In this document: piece after piece, positions 15,149 through 27,799 of the stretch | How positions within the stretch are numbered: the first letter of the stretch is position 1 | How the letters are laid out: each line of letters opens with the position of its first letter | DNA from: the human T2T-CHM13v2.0 reference genome, Homo sapiens | Direction: 5' to 3' (one strand) | Assembly (NCBI RefSeq): GCF_009914755.1 | Contig: NC_060930.1 | Length of the DNA stretch: 64,000 nt | The notes under the pieces: generated by a model | The model's input: only the letters and a program-made list of their open reading frames with translations | What the model was told of the DNA's origin: nothing | Database searches by the model: none | Made by a program: the position numbers and the translations under genes

Positions 15149-17429
15149 CCCCACTTTGTTCTGAAGGCTATGGGGCCTTCCCTGACAGCCCTCTGCCCCC
15201 AACAATAAGTGGAGGCAACAATAAGTGGCCTCAGTGCCACTCTTGGGGCATGGGCAGGCTATTGCCTGAGCTTACCTCTCGGTGTTGACATGGTTTATTG
15301 ATGTATCTGTTCTTTCTGCTTCCTTATGTCCCAAGATCCTAACACATACCTTGGCACTAGCAGTTGCCCAGTAAATGTGTATAGAATTTAATTGAGTGGA
15401 CGAATTTGGCCTTTTACTGGGGAGGGCTCAAGTCTTCCTCATGGGGCCCACCTCCAAAGAGTTTGGACACAGTGGTCTGTGTCAGAGTTGCTGTCCTCAC
15501 CTCTCCCTAAACCCTCCGCCTGTTGGTGGGTTGTCTCTTCGGACCCAGAAAGTGCTGCAAGGAGCAGAAAAAGGTTAGTTAATTCTTTAGATTCCTGGAA
15601 ATCTTCTTCACAGCCATTCTTGGGGCCAGGGCCAGGGCTGACAGAAGGGGGGTACCGCTAAAGGGATGAGAGCTTGGAAAAAAGGAAGAAAAGGTAAAAA
15701 GAGGTTGATGCTACCAAGGTGGTAAACACTTACCTGCCTTTCCCTCTTGGGCACAATCCCCATATATTAATGTAAATCTCTGCACAGCAAGATTCCCACT
15801 GACCATTTATCCCCAGGACCCTGAGGAAAAGAGGTCCTACCTTAATTCACCTTTTCCTCAGTTGCCTCTTAACTTCTTTCTCTAAAACAAGCCTCTTCAA
15901 CTGGTCTCTGCATCTTCCAGCAGGGCCCAGCAGACCTGATCTTAACCGCTCCCTTTCAGTAAATCTGGTCTCAAACCACCCTGGCTTTCTCTTTTCTGTC
16001 TTTAAAAACTAAACTTCCAGCTAATATTCCAGTCTTCCCTGGAGATCCAATTTGTGGGCAGGGCCATGCTATCTCAGTGTTCTTGCTGAGCCATAATGGT
16101 AAGAGTCGGTATTTACTTCTTCCTAACATCTTTCCAATAATCTGAACATCTAGAATCTTTTTCCCCTCACATTTTCATTCTCTGTCATCAAAACTCATTA
16201 TGCTGTTCTCATTCCACGTATTTAAAATGCTCAGAGTTAGTGCGGCATCTGTGCTTCCCATGGCTAACTGTGCCTTCTAGATGAGTATCCACAGTAGATC
16301 TAATTAGCACAATATTTACCTCTGCTTCTTGCTTATTAATAAAGATATCATGGCAGAGCAGACTCCCGTGACAGTCCTCCTGAGCCATATCCAGGTGTAT
16401 GAGTGTGAGAAGAAGGCTATTTGATTATTTGTGTGATCATTGCCATAATGATGTGTTCATAACTGTTTCCCCAAACATTCAGCAGACTTCTCAGAAGCAA
16501 TCGTCAGACAAGTATTAGAGTTACTTTTAGAGTGACATTTTATAAAATCAATTAAGCATTGGTGAGATATTTTTAAAAATATTCCCTTCACCATTCCACC
16601 CTGTCCACATCTGCTTATGGATCCAGAGCCCCTAAAATGGAAGAATAACAAAGTGAAAGGCACAGAGCTGGGGGAAGAGAAGTGGGATGATGAGCAAATT
16701 TTCTGTGGGGTCACTATGCCTGCCTGCCATGGGCTGGAACATGCCTTGTTTGCTGTGCCTTGAAATGTGTCTGCTGGGCATTTTGGATTACCTAGTAATG
16801 TTCTCATCTAAATCAACTGGAACTCATGTTTGAGCAGGGAAATTTCATAAATAAACCAAATCAAAGAAGACCTCCGTCTGCAACACTTACTTTGAACTCT
16901 TCAGTTGTTAATTCCAGAGCCCCAAGGGTATTTAGACAATGCAAAGAACCCTTTTGTGTAAACCATTACAGTCAGGGCATTGAATAGGATTGTTCTATAC
17001 ATATTATCAATGTGTCTGGTAAGAAGAACATAAACCATCCTCCCACAGAGATGTTCATAAGATATCTGCAAAGAGGCTGAAAGTAGCTCAGAATATACTT
17101 GGGAGTGGGACATGCAGGTGATAGCAACAGTAACTTATAGCCATATAGCACAGTGGCTCTTAACTAGGGCTACAGCAGAACTTTCTAAGCACCCTAAAGA
17201 TTCAGATTCAGATTCAGTTGATCAGGGGCTAAGGTGTAGGCATGAGCATTTTGAAAAAGCTCTCCCTGGGTACATGTGCACAAATGTCCCTTTTTGAGAA
17301 GCACCAATAACACTTCACGGTTTCCAAAGCACTTTCACATTCCACATGGCTGCCCAGTGAGACTGCCTCCATGCTGCCAAATGCAGGCTCATTATTTTTC
17401 TCATTGTACTTGGCCTCTTCGTGGACCAA

Positions 17430-18560
17430 TTTTGTGACAGAACTTCAGGGAAACCACACTCTTCTGCTTTTCCTCTGACTGCAGTGACTGCTATTTCTCA
17501 GTTTCTTTTCCTGGATCCTTGTCCTCAAACATCATCTCTAAAGATTGGAGAGAGCCAGGACTCAGCCCTTGCACCTCTCCTCTCTCCTTAGGTGACCTTA
17601 TCTAGTCCCGTGGCTTCCAACACCTTCTCTATGCTCACAAACTCCTTGTTTCTATCTCCAGCTCCGACCTGCCTCCTGAGCTTTAGACCATGTAATCAAC
17701 AGCCCAGATAACGTCTCTCCTTGGATATCTAAAACATAGCAGAAGCTCATCATAAATAGAGTTATTGATCCCTCCAAACCCACTCCTCCCCTAGGCTTCC
17801 TCATCTCACTCAACAGTCTTCTCAAGCCCAAAATCTGACCTATCCTCTATTATTTTTTCCCCACATATCAATCCATGAGTAGAACTCATTGACACAATCT
17901 ACAACACAGTGCCCCAAAGTGCCCATTTCTCTCCATCTCTCTCCTATCACCTTAGACCAACCCACCCTTGTCTTCTGCCAGGACTAGTACAATTGCCTCC
18001 TAACTTGTTTTCTTGTTTCTAAATCCACTTTCCTTAGAGTGAGCACAGAAATCTTTTAAAAACAAACCATGCAGCCCTGTCCTTTCTCAAACCATTATCA
18101 TGACTTCCTATATATGAGAATAAAATTTCAGCTTACTACCTGGGTTTACAAAGTGCTGCAGGGCTGGCCTCTGCCTCCCCCTCCCACTCCCCAACAATGC
18201 TCCAGCCGTGTCACCTTTCTTTTGCTTTCTCAAACAGTCCAAGCTTATTCCCATAACACAGTCATTGCACTGCATATTCCTTCTGCTGATTGCTTTTCCC
18301 CCATGTGTGACTGGTTGGTTCCTGTCATTCAGATCTCAGCTTAGGTGCCATTTCATCAGAGATGCCTTCTCGGACCCCCCAATCTAAAGCAGTTGCCAGA
18401 TCCTCTCTTTCATACTCCCCTGTTATTTATCTTCACATTATTTACCCCTATTTATTATTTTTCTCACTTCCTTATGTTAGAATGAGAGCAGGACCTTTTC
18501 CCATCTTCATTTGAAATATCCCCAGCCCTAGGCAACTATTGAATGCATGAATCAATTTAC
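17430..18560 (+). mobile_element. L2 (3' ~1.1 kb)
   Basis: Pyrimidine-rich L2 body (TCTATCTCCAGCTCCGACCT), ending in TTGAATGCATGAAT. Confidence 0.7.
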
Positions 18561-20579
18561 TTATCTGAGCCAATCGGCCTGTGAAGGAGGCTTGATCATC
18601 CATTTTCATGGATGAGAAAAATGTCATCCAGTTGAACCAGACGACTTGCTCAAGGTCCCAGAGCTAGCTCAGTGGATGGCAAGTCTTCTGAGTTTAAATC
18701 CAGTCCCCTTTCCGCTTATGTTGAGGCTGCCTCCACATAGAGAATTCCACCTTTAAAAAATGGAAATGTCCTGCACTCGCATGCAAAATAGACATTGTGT
18801 GCGGACCATGGGTCTCAATGCAGGGAGGCAGCAAACTTTGTCTGAGTCCTAAGGCTCGGTGGCTCACCCTGAGGAATTTCTGTTGACCAAATGTGATGTG
18901 ACCTCCAGGAAGGGAACATAGTGGAGCACAACAACAATTAAGGTGGGGGCTGCGTGTGTGTGCGTGTGTGTGTGTGGCCTGAATGAGTATGTGCACACAC
19001 CACTCATCCTCAGCTCCTTTGTGCTTGCACTGAACCCCTGGCTCCCGGATGAGTCATATCCACCAGGTTGCATTCCTTGAACTGAATCTCACAGCACCTC
19101 CTTCACCAATCATTGTTTACCTGGGAAACAAGCTGAGAGGAAAGTTTGAGTGCACCACAGGACAGAATCTACAAACACCCCTGTGATTTGAGATGGGATT
19201 GTTAAATAGTTTTCACATTAGAAAGAGGTCTTCAGGTTCTGTCTTTGATAGGTGACCACCTGGCGGACTTTTTCCAATTGCACCAGTGGAAGTACATGCA
19301 TGAATAATGGTAGCATTTACCCAGGCCCGTGTATTTCAGAAAATGGGTAGGAAATCGTTCCTATAGCAACAAGAGGCTGGCAGTTCAAGTCAGTCACTTC
19401 TGCTGGATCATAGAATGTAGCAGGTGAATTCTTCCTTTTCAGACTAAAGCTCTCCTTGAAAAGGAAATGATCATGTTCTTAGGAATACTGTAACCGCCAC
19501 TCAACTTCCAGATCTACCAGTTCAGGAAACACAGCCAGGGTCCTCAAGGCTGCATTTTCAAACTCTCCCAAGGACATCCAGGGGGTGGAAGAGAATGGAA
19601 ACCTGTCACCTGCTGCTGGCTTTTCTCTTAAACCTCTGCTCTTCTACTAGGCTTTCTGGTCAGTTCTGTTTTGTTTGCCAGCTAATTGCAAGTATTAGCA
19701 CCTGGGCTTGAAACCTGGCTGCCACCCCTCCATTTCCCTTTCTCTCCATGCTTGCACCATGGATGATTGTCATGGATAGGTGTGAGGATTAGCAAGCCTC
19801 TGTTTCTCTGGAGACTCCCTCTAGTGAAAATAACTGGCTGAGAAACAGGGCCAGTGGGCTGGGGATTTTGCCAGCTGTGTGATGGTATAAAAAGAAATGT
19901 CTTAATCTCTCTAAGTTTTTGCCTCCTTATTTCTAAACTATGATTTATGCATTATAGGATTATTTTAAGGATTTAATGCAAAAAAGTAGAGAAGGCACCT
20001 AGCACATTGCCTGGCCAGTTACAGGTCTCCATAAATACCGATTCTCTTCCCCTCAATTCTTACTCCTAAGACCACCCTCCTTCGGGAGGACAGGCTCTTC
20101 CATAGATAGAGGCAAATAAATTGGGGGGAGAGAGAGCTGCTTTAATGGACAGGGAGGGAGAGGGGTGCACACCAAAGAATGCTGTTCCTTGGGACAGGGT
20201 TGTGGGGCATGTGTTTGGTGGAGTCCAGCCCAATAAGACCCATGCATGGGTTCTGGGATATTTGATAGAAATGCCCCTGTTGGTGTTAAAAAGTCTGAAC
20301 AGTACTTTCTTGCCAGTTGCCACCTTCTTCAGCCTTGTGTTGCTTGTGAGTTTCACCAGAGCAATGCAAATGAGGTTTAAAGCCAGAGGGTCAAGAAGCC
20401 CCACTGAGTATGGCAGATTGAGGAGAAATGAAGGCAGCCTGTGCAATCTTTGCAGGTCCTCCTGATAGAGTGGCCACACATTTTGTCTTCATAAGTAGGA
20501 AAAAGACTCAGGTGGGAAAGGGAAGGTTATAGGGGGTGGGGAGGTGGGGAGGGTGGTAATTTATTTAATATTTTACTCC

Positions 20580-20901
20580 TTTTGTTTGTTTGTTTGTTTG
20601 TTTTGAGACAGAGTCTGGCTCTGTCATCCATGCTGGAGTGCAGTGATGTGATCTCAGCTCTCTGCAAACTCCGCCTCCTGGGTTCAAGCAATTCAGGTTC
20701 AAGCAATTCTTTTGCCTCAGCCACCCAAGTAGCTAAGACTACAGGCTTGCACTGCCATGCCCGGCTAATTTTTGTATTTTTAGTAGAGACGGGGATTTGC
20801 CATTTTGGCCAGGCTGGTCTTGAACTCTTGGCCTCATGTGATCTGCTCACCTTGGTCTCCCAAAGTACTGGGATTACAGGCATAAACCACCACGCCTGGC
20901 C
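20580..20901 (-). mobile_element. Alu (S/J) with internal 15-bp tandem duplication
   Basis: (GTTT)n tail; GGTTCAAGCAATTC occurs twice in tandem at 20681-20709. Confidence 0.92.
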
Positions 20902-22169
20902 AATATTTTACTTCTTAATTTTGCAACCTGTTCACCTTTGACCACGGACCAAAGAAAGTTTTTTTGTTTTTTTTTTTTTTAACTCAGTCAATAACACATT
21001 GCCTCCAAAACCAGCAGCAGTAAGTCATAAAACATAGGTTACCCTTCTGTTACTCCCAGACCTCTGGTTCCTAGCAGAAAATGGCCATAAAAGTAACCAT
21101 AGGAGAGAGAAGAGGAATACTTCCAGATAACTCATGCATGAGCTAATAAACCTCTCCATAATGAATTGCCTCTGGAAGACACATATTTTCAATGTTAGCA
21201 AATGAAAACACTGGAAATACTGAAAGGTGAAGGCACCTAAGGGACAGTGATTGGTTCTAAGGGAGGCTTTTATTGGATGAAGTACCCAAGCATCCTGCAG
21301 GAGTCCTACACAATCTCTGACCCCGGTCTGGCCAATTCTCCTGCAGGAAGGATGAACCTAGAGACAGGGAATCTGAGTAAAGACATCTACAGATTGGAGG
21401 AGGATGCCAAGATGGGTTGTTGCCTAGCAAGCACCCCAGGCTCCTGTGGGTACTGCTGGTGATGACAGCAGACGTAGGAAAGCTAGGGAGGCCCAGGGCC
21501 TGTTTCTGAGAGCACTCATGGCACAGAGCGATGTAAGTTCTATCTTTCCTACAGAGGCTCACCTTTAACATGCAGTGATGGAGCACTGATGACTCACCAG
21601 GTGCTGTAGCTGGAAGGGGGCCATTCTGCACCTTTACGGCCTGGGAGGCCAGGGCTGCTGAGCCAGGGCACTGCCCCTAGCTACAGGTTCCTGCAGCCAT
21701 AGGCCTCGAGCCCCTTTCTTACTGCCAGGCTGATGGCTGGCTGTTGGCTGTGGAGTTTGGTAGCAGACATAGCTGTGAGGCAGAGGAGCCCAGGGCTCTG
21801 TGGCATTGTCAAGGATTGTGAGTCACCGAAGTACCTACCTCAGGTCCCAGTTCATAGCCCCTTCCATCCCAGAAATACCAGGCACATTGTGTCCATTTGG
21901 GAGTGCAGAGTTAGGGAGACACACTGTCCTTACCCTAATTGGTTTGCCTCAGAGAAAACAAATCTTCAGCTATATTTATCATTGCTGATTATTACTATTG
22001 TTTCTGCTCACACAGAATTTTGCCAATAAATCCTATCCTAAAAAGATTTTTTGCCAAAATTGATAAAACTGCCAGCATCCAGCCTCCACTCCTCCCTGCC
22101 CCCTGCCCTCCATGCCATTCCCAAACCCCTACGCATGTGCATATATGAACAAACTAAATGATTAGGTTA

Positions 22170-22620
22170 AGTATGTGGATTCTGACACCAGCCTGGATTC
22201 AATTCCTAGCTCTGTCACTTAGTAGTTGTATGAACTTAAACAAGTTATTAAACTGTTCTCTGCCTCTTTTTGGAATTTGTATAATGAAGATAGTCAGAAT
22301 ATCACCCTATGTTTTGAAGATGATTAGATTAGATGATGTGTGTGACCTCCGTGCATGCCAGGCACATGTAATTGCGGGCATCGTATTATCATTGAACACA
22401 CGGCATGCCTGGCATAATAGAGAGATCATGGGCTTTGGTCTAAAGTCTTCTTGGATTCAAATTTTGCTTCTGCTACGTAATGGTGTAACCTTAGACAAGT
22501 TACTTAACTTTAGTTAGCTTCAACTTCCTCATCTGTAAAAAAGAAATTAAATATATCTCAAAGATGCAGTTCAGCCCAAGGGAGGTCACACAAATAAAAC
22601 ATCAGCAGTGCTTGGTACAT
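22170..22620 (+). mobile_element. Two adjacent MIRs
   Basis: CCTGGATTCAATTCCTAGCTCTGTCACTTAGTAG and AGACAAGTTACTTAAC...TTCCTCATCTGTAAAA. Confidence 0.75.
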
Positions 22621-23120
22621 GGAAGGTGCTCCATAATCTGCTAAAGTCCTTTCATTTCTTCAAGACCAGCTTAAGTACTATCTGCTTCTCAAAGTCTTGC
22701 AGACCCCATAGAAGCAGTGATTCCCTCTCCTTATTTATTTTTGCAGTAAAGCTTTACCCAGTACCCCGCCATATTGTCCAGCATAGTCCACAGCAAAGGG
22801 GGAAACTGGCTTGGGCTGAGTATGTGGCCAACCACCTCCACTCCTGGACAGCAGGTCAGAAGGGGCCTCGTCTCAATCAGTAAGGACTGGAGTGTCAGTC
22901 TGTTGAAAGATGGACAATACATTAAGATGAAAAAAATTTTATAAAACTCTTCCTCTTCCCTGAATTGCTAAGGGAACTTGAAAACATTCAGTTATTCATT
23001 CAATCATTGATTCAACAAATGCTACAAGCCAGGTGCTGGGCCAGGGACTGGATTAAACAGATACATTGTTTCATCACGGAGGTCACCATCCAGTGAACAA
23101 GAGAATCATTAATAAGATGT

Positions 23121-23706
23121 TGTAAAGGTAGCCAGGCTTTCTTTTAATCAGGTATAGCAAGACATGCAGACTTGGAAATGACTGTCATGAGAAAGGAGCT
23201 TTTGTACTCACCCATCCCTAGAAACAGGAGGCAGGGCATGCTCTGCAGGGCCATGAGGAAAAGCAGCAGGGTAGGTCAGGACAGGAGGCGGAGGGAGGGA
23301 GGGAGGGGAAAACATGGGCAAGAGTCTTTATTGTGGCTTCCTGGGGAAGGAACAGGTGAGGCGGGGAAGGAACAGGTGAGGCAGGGAAGGAACAGGTGAG
23401 GCGGGAAAGGAACAGATGAGGCAGGGTGGGAAGGCTTAGCGTTGGCAAGTTTGAATAATTTCAATGGGCTCTGGCCCTGGACTGATGAGGGCAGGGGAAT
23501 ACTGGCCCAGGAGTGTGAGGGCCTGCGGAAGGAGGTGGTTGGGGCTTAGGTGCTCAGGCTTGGTTGCTGTGCATAGGAAGGATCTGCTCCCAGGTGAGTT
23601 GTTTACTTAATCTTCAGCAATTGGCTAGCCCTGGGAGGGGCAATCCCTCCAGGAACTGCAAGGCATAGATGTCAAAGCATCAGATACTAGAAAACATAAT
23701 TATTAC
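23121..23706. mobile_element. ERVL-type solo LTR (MER74/MER76-like; family uncertain)
   Basis: CATGCAGACTTGGAAATGACTG, GCAAGAGTCTTTATTGTGG, GTTTGAATAATTTCA. Confidence 0.55.
23343..23426 (+). repeat. 20-bp minisatellite, ~4.2 copies (GGGGAAGGAACAGGTGAGGC)
   Basis: Directly visible period-20 tandem repeat with few substitutions. Confidence 0.95.
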
Positions 23707-24693
23707 GTGAAAGAATCCTTCAACTATATCTTGCAAACTCTGGGAGTGCTGTGAAAGAAAAATACTGTGGCGAGAGGCAGTGTAATGCTGTACCTGACCC
23801 GAGCTGGGGGTGAAAAGCTTCCTCCCTGCAGAACAGTCAGAGGGATCCAGAGCGCCTCGGCGGGCCCAGATGACAGGCCTGCTTCCCCCTGCACGAGGCA
23901 CCTTGGCCCTTGCCACCCACCCCAGGACAGTCCAACCTTAGTGCGATTGTTCTGTGAGGGAATCCTGGCTAGAGCTCCTGCCCCAGCATGGTCGCCAGGG
24001 TTGGCTGGCTGATGAGCTCTCCTATCAGATGAGGAGTCATAGCTGCATGTTCGTCTAACAGTCGCCTTCTCAGAATCTTAGAAAAATGCTTTAGAGGGGA
24101 AAAACAAAGTATCTAAAGAACAAAAACAAAAACTCTCCTACTGACCCAATTTTCTGGCAAGGTGGAGTGAGAAGGTGGGTTGGCCAGCTCAGCTGCACCT
24201 ACAGTGACAATGCTCCTTCCCCATTCACAGCACATGGGCAGGAGGAGGACTGCAGGTGCACAGAGTCTAAGAGGCCGTGCCACTCCCACTGTCCCAGCGC
24301 CGCAGGGCTGAGGGGCCACCCGCAAAGGAGCTATTACCGAGCTCTTTGTGATCAGTTGTGTCTTGTGAACTCTGCCTTCTGAAAGAAAGACAATTCCGGG
24401 GAAAAACTTTTAGGCCAAGGATGCAGACCAGAGAACAACGAAATGCTGAAGTCACATCTCAGCTTCGTCTAGAAACAAGGAAAAGAGACGTCTCTCATTC
24501 TTGTGAGAATATTGACCTTCTGTTAACAGAGCAGAGCCGCCCCCGAGAAAGACATTTCCCACCTTCCTCGCCTCCTCTCCTGAGGCCTGCGGGTTTCTCA
24601 GGACTCCCTGTACCACCCCTTCTCTGCCTTCCTGAGGAGAAGAAAATATGATGTCACTCAGCTGTCGTTAGGAATTTGATGTGTATAACATTT

Positions 24694-25612
<919 letters not shown>

Positions 25613-26167
25613 ATTTCAAAGAGCATTTGTTATGTGCCTACTGTGTGCCCAGCCTGTGCTGGGTGCTAGGCAATAACTAAGACCCCCAGGGATGAGATGT
25701 CCAGAGACAGACAGCTTTGCCATGCTCTATGTTGGGGGCTAGTGGATGCCTGTTTGTGACTCGTGGAGGAAGAAAGGCCCCCATATGCCTGCAAGGAGTC
25801 AGACAGCTTCAGAGATGAGGCAAGGTTGCCAGGCTGACAAGTAGGGGATGTATTTGAGGCAGAGGGAATAACATGGGCAGAAGCTCAGAGGCATGAATAC
25901 CATGGTTCGTTAAACCACAAGTGGTATGTATTACTGGAGTGGTGAAGAAGGAAACAGAGAAAGAGAAACGTGGGAGAAAGTGCTTGGGGGAAATTCTGGA
26001 TAGGAAGGTGAGGGGGAGTGGATCATAGTGAATATTAGGTACTGTAATTCAAAGATTTTGAGCAGAAAATAGTTTATATGATGGAATGTGCAATTTAGAA
26101 ATACACCTCTGAGAAAATATGGAGGCAGAGAAACCTATAGGAAGATCATTATAAAAGTCTAGGCAAG

Positions 26168-26537
26168 TGATATGGTTTAGCTATGTGTCCCCCACCCAAA
26201 TCTCATGTTGAATTGTAATTCCCAGGGTTGGAGGAGAGGCCTGGTGGGAGGTGATTGGGCCATGGGGGCAGTTTCTATTGTTTTAGCACCATCCTCCTAG
26301 TACTGCTTGTTTAAAAATGTGCAGCACCTCCCCTTTCTCTCTCTCCCTCCTGCTCCAGCCATGTAGGACATGCTGGCTTCCCCTTTAGGGCCTTCCACCA
26401 TGATTGTAAGTTTCCTGAGGTCTCCTCAGTCATGCTGCCTGTATAGCCTGTGGAACAGTGATCCAATTAAACCTTTTCTTTGTAAATTACCCAGTCTCAG
26501 GAGGTTCTTTGTAGCAATGCAAGAACGGACTAATACA
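26168..26537 (+). mobile_element. MST (A/B) solo LTR inserted in L2
   Basis: TGATATGGTTTAGCTATGTGTCCCCACCCAAATCTC...GGACTAATACA; TSD GCAAG/GCCAG. Confidence 0.9.
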
Positions 26538-26649
26538 GCCAGGGATGAGGAGTGTCTGAACTGAGGTTCTGGTGACAGTGCATCAGGAGAAGGAAAGCAG
26601 ACATTATAGATTTTCCAGCCTAGAAATAACAACTCAGAGAACACTGAAG

Positions 26650-26900
26650 TAGTGAGAGTTGTAGTTGAAGGTGTAGATTTTGGAGTCAGCTCACATGAGT
26701 TCGAGTTCCAGCTCTACTACTGCTTAGCAGTACAGTATTGGGCAAGTTATTTACTCTCTCCGTACCTCAGTTTCCACACCTGTGAAATGGAGATAAAAAT
26801 ATTACTTGCCTCACAGGGTTGTTGGGGTGATATGTTCAATCAATGAAAGTTAAATAATAATAGCCTACCTGGCACATAGTAAGCATGCAGTAAGTGTTGA
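26650..26900 (+). mobile_element. MIR
   Basis: GGGCAAGTTATTTACTCTCTCCGTACCTCAGTTTCCACACCTGTGAAATGGAGATAA. Confidence 0.85.
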
Positions 26901-27799
26901 CTATCTTTAGTGTGATTGGATGCAGAGCGAGGTGAAGGGAAATGGGCATATCTAGTTCAGCTTTGTACTTCGTTTTAGTGCAGAACCCTTGCCTCTGAAT
27001 GTGGTCCTTTCTCTTAAGATGTAGCATTTCTCAGATCTCAATGGAATGTTTGGGAGTCTCAGCAAGTTTTCTTTGCTCTGGCTGAGCCAAAACTCCTGTG
27101 TCTCCTAGCACTGGGCAATCTTTGGTATCCCCATTCAGCTCTCAGCCTCCAACCATCTGCCTCTCAGGCCCTGTGAAGTCTCCCCCTGCTTCTCTGGGAC
27201 TCAGTGGCCCAGGGCCCAAGAAGAATCCACCCTCCATATCCCAGTGCACCACTACCACCAGAAGCCCCCAACTCTGATCTCTGCTCCCCACAACCAGTAA
27301 AATTGTAGCTTTCCATTTAACCTCCACCTATCTGCACCAAGATGTAAGAAAGCAGGGCAGAAGGGAGGGAAGGGATAAGGTAGGAGTAGAATGCAGAGCT
27401 CACTTTGGGTCTTCCTTTCTCTCAAAGAGCCCAGATTTGGTTTTTTGTTTATTTGTTTTATTTTATTTTTAAAATTCTTGTGAGTACATAGTAGGTGTGT
27501 AGAGTATGGATTTGTATTGTCTTTTGTCCAATGCCTGAAATGGTTGGTTCCTGTATCTTGTCTGATTGTATTATTGTTTATGGCCAAATGATAGGTCCAT
27601 TATCAGTCACTCTGTCATGGCTGGATACACAACCAATGAGCCTTGGTTCCTCATCAATGAGGTACTATTAATCCACAGAAAGGATTAGAAGAGATCATTT
27701 CTGTATCAGTGCATTCTATGGTATTTGTCAGAAGGTAGATGCACTATAAATGTGATTTTTCTTTCTTAAGTTCCTATTAATTTTAAAACACACACACAA

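Noticed and set aside
23343-23426. CRISPR-like array
   Set aside because: Units are contiguous with no unique spacers, there are no cas genes and the context is eukaryotic; it is a minisatellite.
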